From Dehalococcoidia bacterium (GTDB taxonomy: Bacteria; Chloroflexota; Dehalococcoidia; UBA2979): a stretch of 64,000 nucleotides of DNA. This document shows positions 38,490 through 47,398 of the stretch, piece by piece. Position 1 is the stretch's first letter, and the number at the start of each line of letters is the position of its first letter. The DNA is taken from positions 12,476 to 76,475 of the forward strand of contig SHYQ01000002.1 of assembly GCA_009692765.1 (NCBI GenBank), in the 5' to 3' direction. Below the pieces are notes generated by a model. The model was not told the origin of the DNA, made no database searches, and saw only the letters and a program-made list of their open reading frames with translations. The position numbers and the translations under genes were made by a program.

Positions 38490-39425
38490 ATGGAATACCG
38501 CCACCTCGGCCGGTCGGGCCTCGAGGTCTCCGTCGTCGGCCTCGGTGCGAACAACTTCGGCGGCCGCCTGGACGCGAAGGCCACGGCCGACGTGGTGAGC
38601 CAGGCGCTGGACCTGGGCATCAACCTGATCGACGAGGCCGACAGCTACGGCGGGCGCGGCAAGTCCGAGGAGTTCGTCGGCAAGGCGCTGGGCAGCCGCC
38701 GTCACGAAGCCGTGATCGCGACGAAGTTCTCGCAGGCGATGGGCGACGGCCCGATGCGCTCCGGCACGTCGCGCCGCTACATCATGCAGGCGGTGGAAGA
38801 CTCGCTGCGCCGGCTCGGCACGGACTACATCGACCTCTACCAGATCCACGTGCTCGACCCGCAGACACCCCAGGAGGAGACGCTGCGCGCGCTGGACGAC
38901 CTGGTGACGCAGGGGAAGGTGCGCTACCTGGGGCATACGCGCTTCTTCGGTTACCAGATCGCCGACACGGCGTGGCTGGCGCGCACGGAGCACCTCAACC
39001 CGTACATCAGCACGCAGAACGCGTACAACCTGCTCGACCGCAGCGTGGAGGCCGAGATCATCCCCGCCGCCGAGGCGTTCGGACTGGGCATGCTGCCGTA
39101 CGTCCCGCTCGCGGGCGGGCTGCTCACCGGGAAGTACGAGCGCGGCAAGGCGGCGCCCGAGGGTACGCGCCTCGCCAGCGGACGCCAGGCAGGTGCGCTC
39201 AACGACAGGAACTTCGACATCGTCGAGGCGCTCGGTGCGTTCGCGCAGGAGCGCGGCCACACGCTGCTCGAGCTGGCGTTCTCGTGGCTCGCCACGCAGC
39301 CCGTCGTCGCCAGCGTGATCGCCGGCGCCACGAGCCCGGAGCAGGTGCGGGCCAACGCCGAGGCCGCCACGTGGCGTCTCTCCGCGGAGGAGCTGGCCGC
39401 CGTCGACAAGATCACGAAAAAGTAG
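38490..39425 (+). CDS. aldo/keto reductase
   Basis: MEYRHLGRSGLEVSVVGLGANNFGG..., DEADSYGGRGKSEEFVGKAL, YIDLYQIH, C-terminal SVIAGATSPEQV. Confidence 0.9.
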   Translation: MEYRHLGRSGLEVSVVGLGANNFGGRLDAKATADVVSQALDLGINLIDEADSYGGRGKSEEFVGKALGSRRHEAVIATKFSQAMGDGPMRSGTSRRYIMQAVEDSLRRLGTDYIDLYQIHVLDPQTPQEETLRALDDLVTQGKVRYLGHTRFFGYQIADTAWLARTEHLNPYISTQNAYNLLDRSVEAEIIPAAEAFGLGMLPYVPLAGGLLTGKYERGKAAPEGTRLASGRQAGALNDRNFDIVEALGAFAQERGHTLLELAFSWLATQPVVASVIAGATSPEQVRANAEAATWRLSAEELAAVDKITKK

Positions 39426-39434
39426 CGCGCCCAC

Positions 39435-39712
39435 CGAGGACTGAGGGGCCGGCCCACCCCCTGCCCCCTTCCCTGCGCGGGAAGGGGGTGTTCATCTTCT
39501 TGTGGGGGCTTCGCCCCCGCGCCCCCGTCTGAGGCGCGCCTACCGCGCGCCGTTCCGCCGGGAGCGCGAGGGGCACAGCCCTTCGCATTCCCCTTCCACT
39601 TTCCGACTCCCCTCTCCTGCGAAGCGGGAGAGGGGCCGGGGGTGAGGGTTCCGAGCTCCCGCGCCGGGAGGGGGCAGGGGGTGGGCCGCCCCCCGCAGTC
39701 ACCTCGACACCC
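39435..39712. repeat. hairpin-repeat block (C forward, B reverse, A reverse, C reverse)
   Basis: GGCCGGCCCACCCCCTGCCCCCTTCCCTGCGCGGGAAGGGGG, GGCGCGCCTACCGCGCGCCGTTCCGCCGGGAGCGCGAGGGGCACAGCCC, module A reverse at 39607. Ends CACCTCGAC. Confidence 0.9.
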
Positions 39713-39718
39713 GCGCGC

Positions 39719-40924
39719 CTACTGGTAGATGACGTAGTCGGGCGGGTACGCCATGCGCATCACCTGCTCTGGCGTGAGCACCGGCGTGTCGTGGTCGTAG
39801 AACAACTTGAAGCCCGCGTACGTCGCGTAGGGCGCGCGCGCGAACGCGAGGTAGCCCTCGAGCTTCTGCTGGATCGTGCCGTAGCCGTCCATGTCGATCA
39901 CGAGGTACACACCCTCGACGCGCTCGATCGCCTCGACGTCGGGCAGCATGTCATAGCGGAACTGGTGCACCACCAGCACCTTCGGCGGCACCGCCTTGCC
40001 TCGCACGAGGTCCGCCAGCGCGCGCTGCACGGCGTTCACCTGCGCCGCGGTGAGAGAGCCGATCGCCTCGCCGGGCGGATCCGCCTTGCCCGCCGTCGCG
40101 AACTCCGGGTCGAGCGCGAGGTGCACGTGCGGCTCCGCGAGCAGCGGCGCGAGCCGTCGCATGTCCACCCGAGGATCGCTGAGCCCGACCTGCAGGTCCA
40201 GGAACAGCAACTGCCCGGCGGCCCGCGTCGCCTCCACGTACGGCGCGATCGTCTCCAGCGGCAGCCGTCCGAGGTGCGTGCCGTCCGCGCCGGGATCGAT
40301 CTGCGCGGCATCGACGATCACGTGCAGCGCCGGCACGACGCGGCGGCCGCCGCTGAACGGCGCGTAGCGCGCGGCCAGCTCCGCGGCCGCCTTCGAGGCC
40401 CCCGCCGCCGAGGGGTACACCCCGAGCGCGCCCATCTGCGGCACGCCGGGCCGACCGTACAACGACACGATGCGCGCCTCGGCGAAGAGCGAGGGCCGCC
40501 CCAGCGGGCCGATGCTCCACGCGAGGTTGGCCTCGCTCACGACGTAGTAGGTGGCGCCCTGCTGGAGCGCCGGCAGTGGTTCTGCGCCGAGCACCCGCTG
40601 GCCCGACCAGCCGCGCCACGCGTTGCCCTCGCGCTGCCACACGGAGACGAACTCGAGGGGCTGCGCGCCGCGGCGTGGCGGCGGGCCGATGAACGCCAGC
40701 CGTTCGCCGGCGAACGCCTCCGCGACCGGCGTCGAGGGGTGCGTCCACCTCACCACGTGCGCGCCCGGCGTCAGCGCGAGCCCGCACGCGCGGTCGGCGA
40801 TGTCCGTCAGCGACACGCCGGTGCACGCGGGCGCGGCGGCCTCCGCCGCACCGCGGGGCAGCGCGAGCGTCAGCGCGGTGAGGACGGACAGTGCGAGCAG
40901 GAGCGCGGCGAACGCGCGGCGCAT
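39719..40924 (-). CDS. secreted hypothetical protein (signal peptide; possible glycoside-hydrolase-like barrel, unassigned)
   Basis: MRRAFAALLLALSVLTALTLALPRGAAEA signal peptide. Conserved-looking core LFLDLQVG...HLALDPEF...LVVHQF...DMDGYG. Family not recognised with confidence. Confidence 0.6.
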   Translation of the reverse strand: MRRAFAALLLALSVLTALTLALPRGAAEAAAPACTGVSLTDIADRACGLALTPGAHVVRWTHPSTPVAEAFAGERLAFIGPPPRRGAQPLEFVSVWQREGNAWRGWSGQRVLGAEPLPALQQGATYYVVSEANLAWSIGPLGRPSLFAEARIVSLYGRPGVPQMGALGVYPSAAGASKAAAELAARYAPFSGGRRVVPALHVIVDAAQIDPGADGTHLGRLPLETIAPYVEATRAAGQLLFLDLQVGLSDPRVDMRRLAPLLAEPHVHLALDPEFATAGKADPPGEAIGSLTAAQVNAVQRALADLVRGKAVPPKVLVVHQFRYDMLPDVEAIERVEGVYLVIDMDGYGTIQQKLEGYLAFARAPYATYAGFKLFYDHDTPVLTPEQVMRMAYPPDYVIYQ

Positions 40925-41074
40925 GAGGGCTCCAGGCTGGGCCTCGAACGGAACGGACGGGCCTCGAACGGGTGGGCGTGGTTCAGTGTACGGGTGCGCC
41001 GGATCGCGCGCCGGGGCGGGGCGTGCGGCTGGCGGACGGCGCCTGCGCGATGTCCGCCCGGCGCGCCCCTCGAC

Positions 41075-41080
41075 TATCGT
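41075..41080 (+). promoter_or_regulatory. candidate -10 hexamer TATCGT, 6 nt upstream of ATG 41087 (leaderless-type)
   Basis: TATCGT-N6-ATG. Confidence 0.35.
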
Positions 41081-41086
41081 GACGGC

Positions 41087-41854
41087 ATGACGCTCGCCCT
41101 GCGCAATCCGCACGCGGTGCTCGCCGCGTTCGACGCGCGTCCCGCCGACATCCTCGAGGTGCGCCTGCCCGACGGGCGCGCGCCCGGGGCGTGGGAGCGG
41201 GTGGCCGCGCTCGCCCGCCAGCACGACGTCCCGCTGGTCGAGGGGCCGCGCGCCCAACCTCGCGCCCAACCTCGCGCACTGCCTCGCGCACGCGACGCGG
41301 AGGGCGGTCGCGCGGGCCCGGAGGCGGTGCTGCGGGAGCGCGCGGCGGTGAGCCTCGACGCGCTGTACAGCGGTGCGCGTGACGCGCCCGGCGCCGGCGC
41401 CGGCGCGTCGCGGCTGTGGCTCGCGCTCGACTCGATCCAGGACCCGCACAACGTCGGCGCGATCTTCCGCACCGCGGCCTTCTTCGGCGTGCGCGGCATC
41501 GTCACCACTGCGGACCGCGCCGCGCCGCTCACCTCCGTGGTGTACGACGTCGCCAGCGGCGGCGTCGAGGCGGTGCCGTTCGCCATCGAGACGAACCTGC
41601 GCCGTGCCCTCGACGCCGCGAAGGCGGCGGGGCTGTGGATCCTCGGCTCGTCGGAGCACGCGACGCAGGGCGTCGCGGAGGTCGCGCGCGACCGCGCGTG
41701 GTTGCTGGTGCTGGGCAACGAGGAGGAGGGCCTGCGCCGCCTCACCCTCGACACCTGCGACGAGGTCTGCCGCGTCGCGCCGCGCGGCGAGATCGTCACC
41801 TCGCTGAACGTCGCGTCCGCGGCGGCGGTGATGATCGCCGCGCTGTCGCGCTGA
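41087..41854 (+). CDS. SpoU/TrmH family RNA 2'-O-methyltransferase (RlmB-like)
   Basis: LALDSIQDPHNVGAIFRTAAFFG, LVLGNEEEGL, SLNVASAAAVMI (SPOUT motifs). An internal PRAQPRAQPRA repeat lies in the linker. Confidence 0.85.
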   Translation: MTLALRNPHAVLAAFDARPADILEVRLPDGRAPGAWERVAALARQHDVPLVEGPRAQPRAQPRALPRARDAEGGRAGPEAVLRERAAVSLDALYSGARDAPGAGAGASRLWLALDSIQDPHNVGAIFRTAAFFGVRGIVTTADRAAPLTSVVYDVASGGVEAVPFAIETNLRRALDAAKAAGLWILGSSEHATQGVAEVARDRAWLLVLGNEEEGLRRLTLDTCDEVCRVAPRGEIVTSLNVASAAAVMIAALSR

Positions 41855-41869
41855 CGGGCACGTCGGGGT

Positions 41870-42292
41870 GCGTCCGGGGACGGTCGCAGACTGCGAGGAG
41901 CTGGAGGACTGCGTCGGCGGCCCATCCCCCTGCCCCCTTCCCTGCGCGGGAAGGGGGACGTTCTTGTGGGGCTCCGCCCCCACGGGCCCCGTTTCTCAGG
42001 ACAGCAACCCGCTCTTCGAGTGGAGACGATGCGCCATCCGCAGCGCGCCCGCCCCCCGCCGCTTCACGAGCGTGGGTTCCGAATGCACGACATCCCTCTG
42101 ACTCCGGCGTGCGCCTAACGCGCACGCCTTCGCCGGGAGCGCGAGGGGCGCAGCCCCCTCGCATCACATTCTGACTTCTGACTCCCCTCTCCTGAGAAGC
42201 GGGAGAGGGGCCGGGGGTGAGGGTTCCGCTCCCCTCCCGGGGCACGGAGGGGGCAAGGGGTGGGCCGTCCCTCAGTCCTCGACGCCCTGCGC
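41870..42292. repeat. hairpin-repeat block (C forward, D-like, B reverse, A reverse, C reverse)
   Basis: GGCGGCCCATCCCCCTGCCCCCTTCCCTGCGCGGGAAGGGGGAC, CCGGCGTGCGCCTAACGCGCACGCC, module A reverse at 42182. Ends AGTCCTCGAC. Confidence 0.9.
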
Positions 42293-42298
42293 ATCCCG

Positions 42299-42961
42299 CT
42301 ACCGCCCCGCGCCCTCGCGCGCCTCGATGTACGCGCCGAGGAAGTCGCGCGCCCACGTCGCGAAGTCACCGGCCGCGTCGCCGAGGGCGATGATGTGGTC
42401 GTCCTCCAGCGGCAGCCGCGCCTCGACGGGCGCGCCGTCGGCGTCGAGGTTCGACAGCAGCAGGCTCGCCGCGCCGCCGCCGTCGCCCCCCGCTGGGCCG
42501 GGGAGCGTGGTCACGGTGGGCGGGCCGGCCTCGAAGGCGCGCATCGGCGTGGCGAAGGAGGCGAGGCCGGGGAACTCCGCCAGCTCCTCCGCGCTCTGCA
42601 GCGCGCTGCCGTCGAGGTGCATCGCTTCGAGCAGCGCGGCGGGGCGCTCCTCGGCGAGGGCGACGTCGGCCGCGAAGCGCGTCCACGCCGCCGCGCCCGG
42701 CAGCGGCCGCGCGAGGGAGCGCGCCACCGGGTGCGTGCGATCGACGAGCGCGAGCCAGACGTGGTTGAGGCGGCGCGCCGCCTCGATCGCCTCCTGCACG
42801 AGGAGCGCGGTGAGCGCGGGGCGGTACGCGGCGTCGGCGAGGAAGATGCCGGTGAGCACGTTGTCCGCGACGATCTGCGGCTTGCGCAGCGCCGTCGAGG
42901 CGTACGCGCGCAGGAACGCGGACTCGCTCATGCCGCCGGGGAACGTCGAGTCGGTGGTCAT
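42299..42961 (-). CDS. hypothetical protein, last gene of the radical SAM cluster
   Basis: 220-aa ORF with non-shadow composition. It lies 67 nt downstream of the cytochrome c gene on the same strand. No family recognised. Confidence 0.5.
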   Translation of the reverse strand: MTTDSTFPGGMSESAFLRAYASTALRKPQIVADNVLTGIFLADAAYRPALTALLVQEAIEAARRLNHVWLALVDRTHPVARSLARPLPGAAAWTRFAADVALAEERPAALLEAMHLDGSALQSAEELAEFPGLASFATPMRAFEAGPPTVTTLPGPAGGDGGGAASLLLSNLDADGAPVEARLPLEDDHIIALGDAAGDFATWARDFLGAYIEAREGAGR

Positions 42962-43028
42962 GCGCGCAGCCTCATCCGGAGTGCAGCCGGGAGCGCAGCC
43001 CTCGACGTACCGGCGCGTCGGGCGATCG

Positions 43029-43544
43029 CTACCTGAGGCTCTTGATGTACGCGATGACCTGGTCGATCTCCTCGGCCTTCATCGTCTTCGCGAAGTCCTG
43101 CGGCATGATGCTGGGCGCGAACCCCTGGTGCACCTTCGCGTTGGGGTTCTCGATCGATTCCTTGAGGTAGGCGTCGTCGGCGGTCAGCTTCTGGCCGTTC
43201 GTCAGCGCGACCTCGTGCCCCGCGAGGCCCTTCCACGTCGGCCCGACGCCGTTCGCGCCGGTCGCGCTGTGGCACGCCGTGCAACCGTACTTGCCGGCCA
43301 CGGCCTGGCCCAGGCGCACCGGGTCGCTGCCGGCCGCCGCCTTGCCGGGCGCAGCCGCGGGCGCGCCCGGCGCGCTCGCGCCGCCCGCGGGGATATGCGC
43401 GGCCATCCCGGAGCGCTCCGCGAGCGCCATCTGCGCCTCGTGGCGGCGCATCGTCGGGGCGTCGGCGCCCATGCAGCCGGCGGCGAGCGAGGTGAGCGCG
43501 ATCAGCGCGAGCATCGTGATGGCTCGGTGGGGGAACTTACGCAT
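43029..43544 (-). CDS. class I c-type cytochrome lipoprotein
   Basis: Lipobox LAAGC. Haem-binding CTACH. The downstream PSIMP region provides a Met axial-ligand candidate. Confidence 0.9.
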   Translation of the reverse strand: MRKFPHRAITMLALIALTSLAAGCMGADAPTMRRHEAQMALAERSGMAAHIPAGGASAPGAPAAAPGKAAAGSDPVRLGQAVAGKYGCTACHSATGANGVGPTWKGLAGHEVALTNGQKLTADDAYLKESIENPNAKVHQGFAPSIMPQDFAKTMKAEEIDQVIAYIKSLR

Positions 43545-43623
43545 CGGCGGGTCCTCTCGTGCAGGCGGCGGGGCCGAGTCGCGCCATCTGCATAGCCTAG
43601 CGAAAGCCTAGCGGAGCCGCCCG

Positions 43624-45201
43624 CTAGCGTCCGCCTTCGGCCCCCGCGGGAGCCAGCGGAGCGGTGCGCGTGGCTGGCGCGAGGTGGAACGGCGCGAGCT
43701 GCTCCGCGGTCGGCTCGGCGCAGCAGAACCACGCCTCCGTCAGCCCGGGCACGAAGTCGCCCGCCGCCGCGCCCGCGCCGTCGGGCGCGGCGGGCGCGCC
43801 CGCGTCGTCGAGGCGCCCCGCCGCACGGTATGCGGCCGCGCGCACCCGCGCGAAGACCTCGGCCGCATCCTCGATGGGCGCACCGGCGTCGTCGAGCGCC
43901 GCCGCCTCGGCGATCGCCGCCAGTTCCGCCTGGAGCGCGTCCACGCGCGAGTCGGCGGCGCGCCACGTGTACGTCAGCCGCTCCTCGTCGAGGGGGCCCA
44001 ATCCACCCTCGGACGCCAGCCGCGCCACCAGCGGCGAGCCGGGGGGGAGCAGCAGCCGCAGCCCGTACTGCACCGCCTGCACGCTGCGCGTGAGGCCCTG
44101 CGCCGCGACGAAGTCGAGCATCGCCAGCACGTCGTCGAGGCTCGTCCACGGCGTGAAGGCCACCCACGTCGGCCGCACCGGCAGCCCCGCCGCCGCAGCG
44201 TGCGCGAGCGCGGCCGCGAGGTCGCCGGCGCTGTGCCCCTTCTCGAGGATCGCGAGGATCGCGTCGTTGCACGACTCGAACGCTGAGGTGACGAAGATGC
44301 AGCCGGTGGCGCGTAGACGCGGCAGCAGGCCGGCGTGCTCGATCAGGTGCTCGACCTTGATCGTGGCGTCGTAGGTGAGATCCGGCCAGCGCCGGTGTAG
44401 CTCCTCCACGATCGCCAGCGAGTGCGGCGCGGCGTTGAGGAAGTCCGGGTCGCCGAAGGTGATGTGACGCGCGCCGGCCTCGACCTGCTGCGCCATGTCG
44501 GCGAGCACGACCTCGCGCTGCACCAGGCGCAGCGCGCCGCCGTACACCGGCGTGATCGGGCAGTGCGTGCAGGTGTGCGCGCACCCGCGCGTCGCCTCCA
44601 CGTACCCCGCGAGGTGCTCGCCGTCCGCGCGACGCACGCGCGCGTACCGCTCGAGGCCGGGCAGCCCTCGACGGTCCGGGATGGCGTAGCGCTGGCGCGT
44701 GAGCAGCGGCGTCGCGCCCGCGCCGGCGATCGGCGCGCCGGCCGGCGCGCGGCCCGCGATGCGATCGGCCAACGCGCGCAGGCCCTCCTCGTACTCCCCG
44801 CCGATCACGAGGTGCGCGCGGTCGGGCCCGACCAGCTGCGCGTACAGCGGCGACGCGTACAGCCCGTAGCACGCGACGGTCACGTGCGGCGCGGCGTCGC
44901 GCGCCGCGCGCGCGAACGCGAGGCCGATGCGCGCCGCCGTGTGCATGGGGATCGAGATCGCGACGAGGTCGACGTCGCGCAGCACCGTCGGTAGCGGCAC
45001 GTCCACGGCGAGGTCGAGCGTGCGCACCTCGTGCCCGGCGGCGCGCAGCACCGCCGCGGGGGCGGCGAGGCCGAGCGGCTGGTGGCCGAGCTCGTACGTC
45101 GAGACGAGCAGCACGCGCGCGCCGCCCGTGCCCGTCGCGGCGATCGAGGCGCGGCCGGGCAGCGTGCCGAAGGCGAGCGCGGCGGCGGGCGTGGAGGTCA
45201 T
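43624..45201 (-). CDS. B12-binding-domain radical SAM protein with C-terminal CCAEP motif
   Basis: N-terminal Rossmann-like VLLVSTYELGHQPLGLA...VDLVAISIP. Radical SAM cluster motif GCAHTCTHC (CX3CX2C). C-terminal EAWFCCAEPTAEQL. I recall a curated family named CUAEP/CCAEP-tail radical SAM (seleno)protein. Confidence 0.8.
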   Translation of the reverse strand: MTSTPAAALAFGTLPGRASIAATGTGGARVLLVSTYELGHQPLGLAAPAAVLRAAGHEVRTLDLAVDVPLPTVLRDVDLVAISIPMHTAARIGLAFARAARDAAPHVTVACYGLYASPLYAQLVGPDRAHLVIGGEYEEGLRALADRIAGRAPAGAPIAGAGATPLLTRQRYAIPDRRGLPGLERYARVRRADGEHLAGYVEATRGCAHTCTHCPITPVYGGALRLVQREVVLADMAQQVEAGARHITFGDPDFLNAAPHSLAIVEELHRRWPDLTYDATIKVEHLIEHAGLLPRLRATGCIFVTSAFESCNDAILAILEKGHSAGDLAAALAHAAAAGLPVRPTWVAFTPWTSLDDVLAMLDFVAAQGLTRSVQAVQYGLRLLLPPGSPLVARLASEGGLGPLDEERLTYTWRAADSRVDALQAELAAIAEAAALDDAGAPIEDAAEVFARVRAAAYRAAGRLDDAGAPAAPDGAGAAAGDFVPGLTEAWFCCAEPTAEQLAPFHLAPATRTAPLAPAGAEGGR

Positions 45202-45260
45202 GCGTCTCCCTGCTGGCGGGCGCGTCCGCGCGGCCTCCACGGTACGGCGTGCACGCCGCT

Positions 45261-46505
45261 CTAGCGGCGCGCCTCGTGCGGCGCATCGTGGGCGGCGCGC
45301 GCGGCGGCGTTCGTCTCCGCCACCGTCTCGCGGGCGGCGCGCCAGAGCGCCCGCACCTGCCCGCGGTGCACGACGAGGATGCCGATCGCGAGTACGAAGT
45401 AGATCACGGCTGCCGCCAGACGCACCTCGCTGTTCGGCACGACAAAGGTGACGGCGAACATGCCGAACAGCAGCATCGCCTCGCGCGTGCTCAGGCTCAG
45501 GCTCATCACCACGACCACCGCGAAGATCGACTGCGCCGCGGTGAGGAGCATCTCCTCCGTCTGGCGTTCGTCCAGCGGCAGGCCGTGCCAGCCGCCGCTG
45601 GCGATCGCGTAGGCCACCGCCAGCCCGCCGACGAGCAGCGTCCACTGGTTCACCTTCGACGAGAGCAGCACACCCATCCCCACCGCCGCCCGGCCTCGCC
45701 ACGCGAGCAGACCCGCCACGAGGAACTCCGGCGCCTCCGAGGCGAATGGCGCGAGCCACTGCACGAGCACGAACTCGTCGATCCCCAGGCTGGTTCCCGA
45801 GTGCACCAGCCCCTCCGCGAACGGCTCTGCCGACAGCAGGATCGCGACCGCGGAGTACACGAACAGCGTGCCGACGACAGCCCGCCGCTGGACGCGCGGC
45901 AGCGTGCCGATCAGTTGCGCGGGGCCGACGAGGTCGGGCTCCTCCGACGGCGCGCGCGCGATGATCCACATGTAGGCGACGAAGCCGAGCGCGAGGATCG
46001 CCGCGTCGTAGAGATCGATCGAGCGCTTGAACGGGATGATCAGCGCGTAGATCGACACGAGCGCGAGCGTGAGCACCTCGACGGAGCGCGACTTCTCGAG
46101 GATCAACTCGCGCACGCGCGTGCGCCACCACACGACGAGCACGACCATCGGCCACGCCGCGCCGATCAGCAGGCGGTTGCCGCCGGTCATGTTGGCGACC
46201 GCGTAGGGCGCGAACGACGGATCCGTCCCGGCCTTCCACGCGAACGACATGCTCACCGCGTACTCCGGCAGCACAGCGATCAGTGCGATCAGCGCGACCG
46301 CGAGGCCCTGCGTGATGTCGACCTCGGCGGCCTCCGCTGCCCACGAAAGGAGGAATGCGGCCGCGACGATGGAGAGGCCGTAGAGTGACGTGTCGGGGAC
46401 GGTGCCGAGGTGCGTCCCGCTCAGCTTGAGGATGACGCCCGGGGTGGCGCCCACCACCGCCGCGACGAGCGCTACGCCGTTCGAGTTCATCGCCTGCCGT
46501 TCCAC
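45261..46505 (-). CDS. CaCA (sodium/calcium exchanger) family cation antiporter membrane protein
   Basis: 10-11 TM helices with duplicated alpha-repeat-like regions (LSWAAEAAEVDITQG... and LAPFASEAPEFLVAG...). Start GTG 46505 or ATG 46490. Confidence 0.75.
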   Translation of the reverse strand: MERQAMNSNGVALVAAVVGATPGVILKLSGTHLGTVPDTSLYGLSIVAAAFLLSWAAEAAEVDITQGLAVALIALIAVLPEYAVSMSFAWKAGTDPSFAPYAVANMTGGNRLLIGAAWPMVVLVVWWRTRVRELILEKSRSVEVLTLALVSIYALIIPFKRSIDLYDAAILALGFVAYMWIIARAPSEEPDLVGPAQLIGTLPRVQRRAVVGTLFVYSAVAILLSAEPFAEGLVHSGTSLGIDEFVLVQWLAPFASEAPEFLVAGLLAWRGRAAVGMGVLLSSKVNQWTLLVGGLAVAYAIASGGWHGLPLDERQTEEMLLTAAQSIFAVVVVMSLSLSTREAMLLFGMFAVTFVVPNSEVRLAAAVIYFVLAIGILVVHRGQVRALWRAARETVAETNAAARAAHDAPHEARR

Positions 46506-46662
46506 CGGGCGCGGCCGTTGCTGCGCAGCGTTTCCCCGCAGGGTACCCTCCCGGCAGGGTAGAGGGCGGATACGCTCGTGTCCGACCCGGCCGCCCGCGC
46601 GATGGAGCCCTCGACTGCCATTCCAGCTCGACTCGCTGCTCGACGCACTCCGGCACCTCGAC

Positions 46663-47232
46663 GTGTGGATTCAGGCCATCGGCTACGCGGGCCTGTTCGT
46701 CGTCGTCTTCGTGGAGACGGGGCTGTTCTTCGGGTTCTTCCTGCCCGGCGATACGCTGCTGCTCACCGTCGGGATCCTCGCGCAGCGCGGCCACTTCGAC
46801 CTCGAGGTCGTGGTGCCGCTGCTGATCATCGCGGCGATCACCGGCGACGCCACCGGGTATGCGATCGGCCGGCGGGCGGGCCCGCTGCTCTTCGCCCGCG
46901 ACGACGCGCGCTTCTTCCGGCGCCGCCACCTCGAACGCGCGCGCGAGTTCTTCGACCGTCACGGTGGCAAGGCGATCGTGCTGGCGCGCTTCCTGGCGAT
47001 CGTGCGCACCTTCGCGCCGCCGGCGGCGGGCGCCGCCGGCATGTCGTACGGGTGGTTCACCGTGTGGAACATCAGCGGCGGCGTGCTCTGGGTGGTGTCG
47101 ATGGTCGGCACGGGCTACCTGCTGGGGAACACCATCCCGAACCTCGACCTGGTGCTGATCGCGGTGGTGCTGGTCGTCTCGGTCGCACCGGTCGCGTGGC
47201 ATTGGTGGCGCGAGCGCGCGCGTCGCGCGTAG
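46663..47232 (+). CDS. DedA family membrane protein, start unresolved
   Basis: GYAGLFVVVFVETGLFFGFFLPGDTLLLTVG...ITGDATGYAIGRRAG...GGKAIVLARFLAIVRTFAP. The conserved-looking N-terminus LDSLLDALRHLD lies upstream of the first in-frame canonical start outside the antiporter gene (GTG 46663). Confidence 0.75.
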   Translation: MWIQAIGYAGLFVVVFVETGLFFGFFLPGDTLLLTVGILAQRGHFDLEVVVPLLIIAAITGDATGYAIGRRAGPLLFARDDARFFRRRHLERAREFFDRHGGKAIVLARFLAIVRTFAPPAAGAAGMSYGWFTVWNISGGVLWVVSMVGTGYLLGNTIPNLDLVLIAVVLVVSVAPVAWHWWRERARRA

Positions 47233-47398
47233 CCGCGCGCAGCGACTCCCACCCGCGGCCCGGACACCCCCCCGGCCCTCCCCCGCCGAGGGGAGCGGGG
47301 AAGCAGCGAGGGCACGCGCGCGTGAGGTGGCCGCGCGGGCGGGGCTCGGCGTACGCTCCTCGTCGCAGCGTGTGCCGGGCCGCGGTGGAGGAAGCATC

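Noticed and set aside
41236-41270. Short tandem GCGCCCAACCTC repeat (PRAQPRAQPRA) in the TrmH-family gene as a possible contingency locus
   Set aside because: It is in-frame, only about 2.5 units long, and sits in a linker between domains. This is most likely neutral low-complexity sequence.
45202-47397. N-terminal two thirds of the 1257-aa minus-strand ORF (43624-47397)
   Set aside because: Only the C-terminal 525 codons (from ATG 45201) look like a protein (radical SAM). Upstream the frame is off-frame to the antiporter gene and antisense to the DedA gene.
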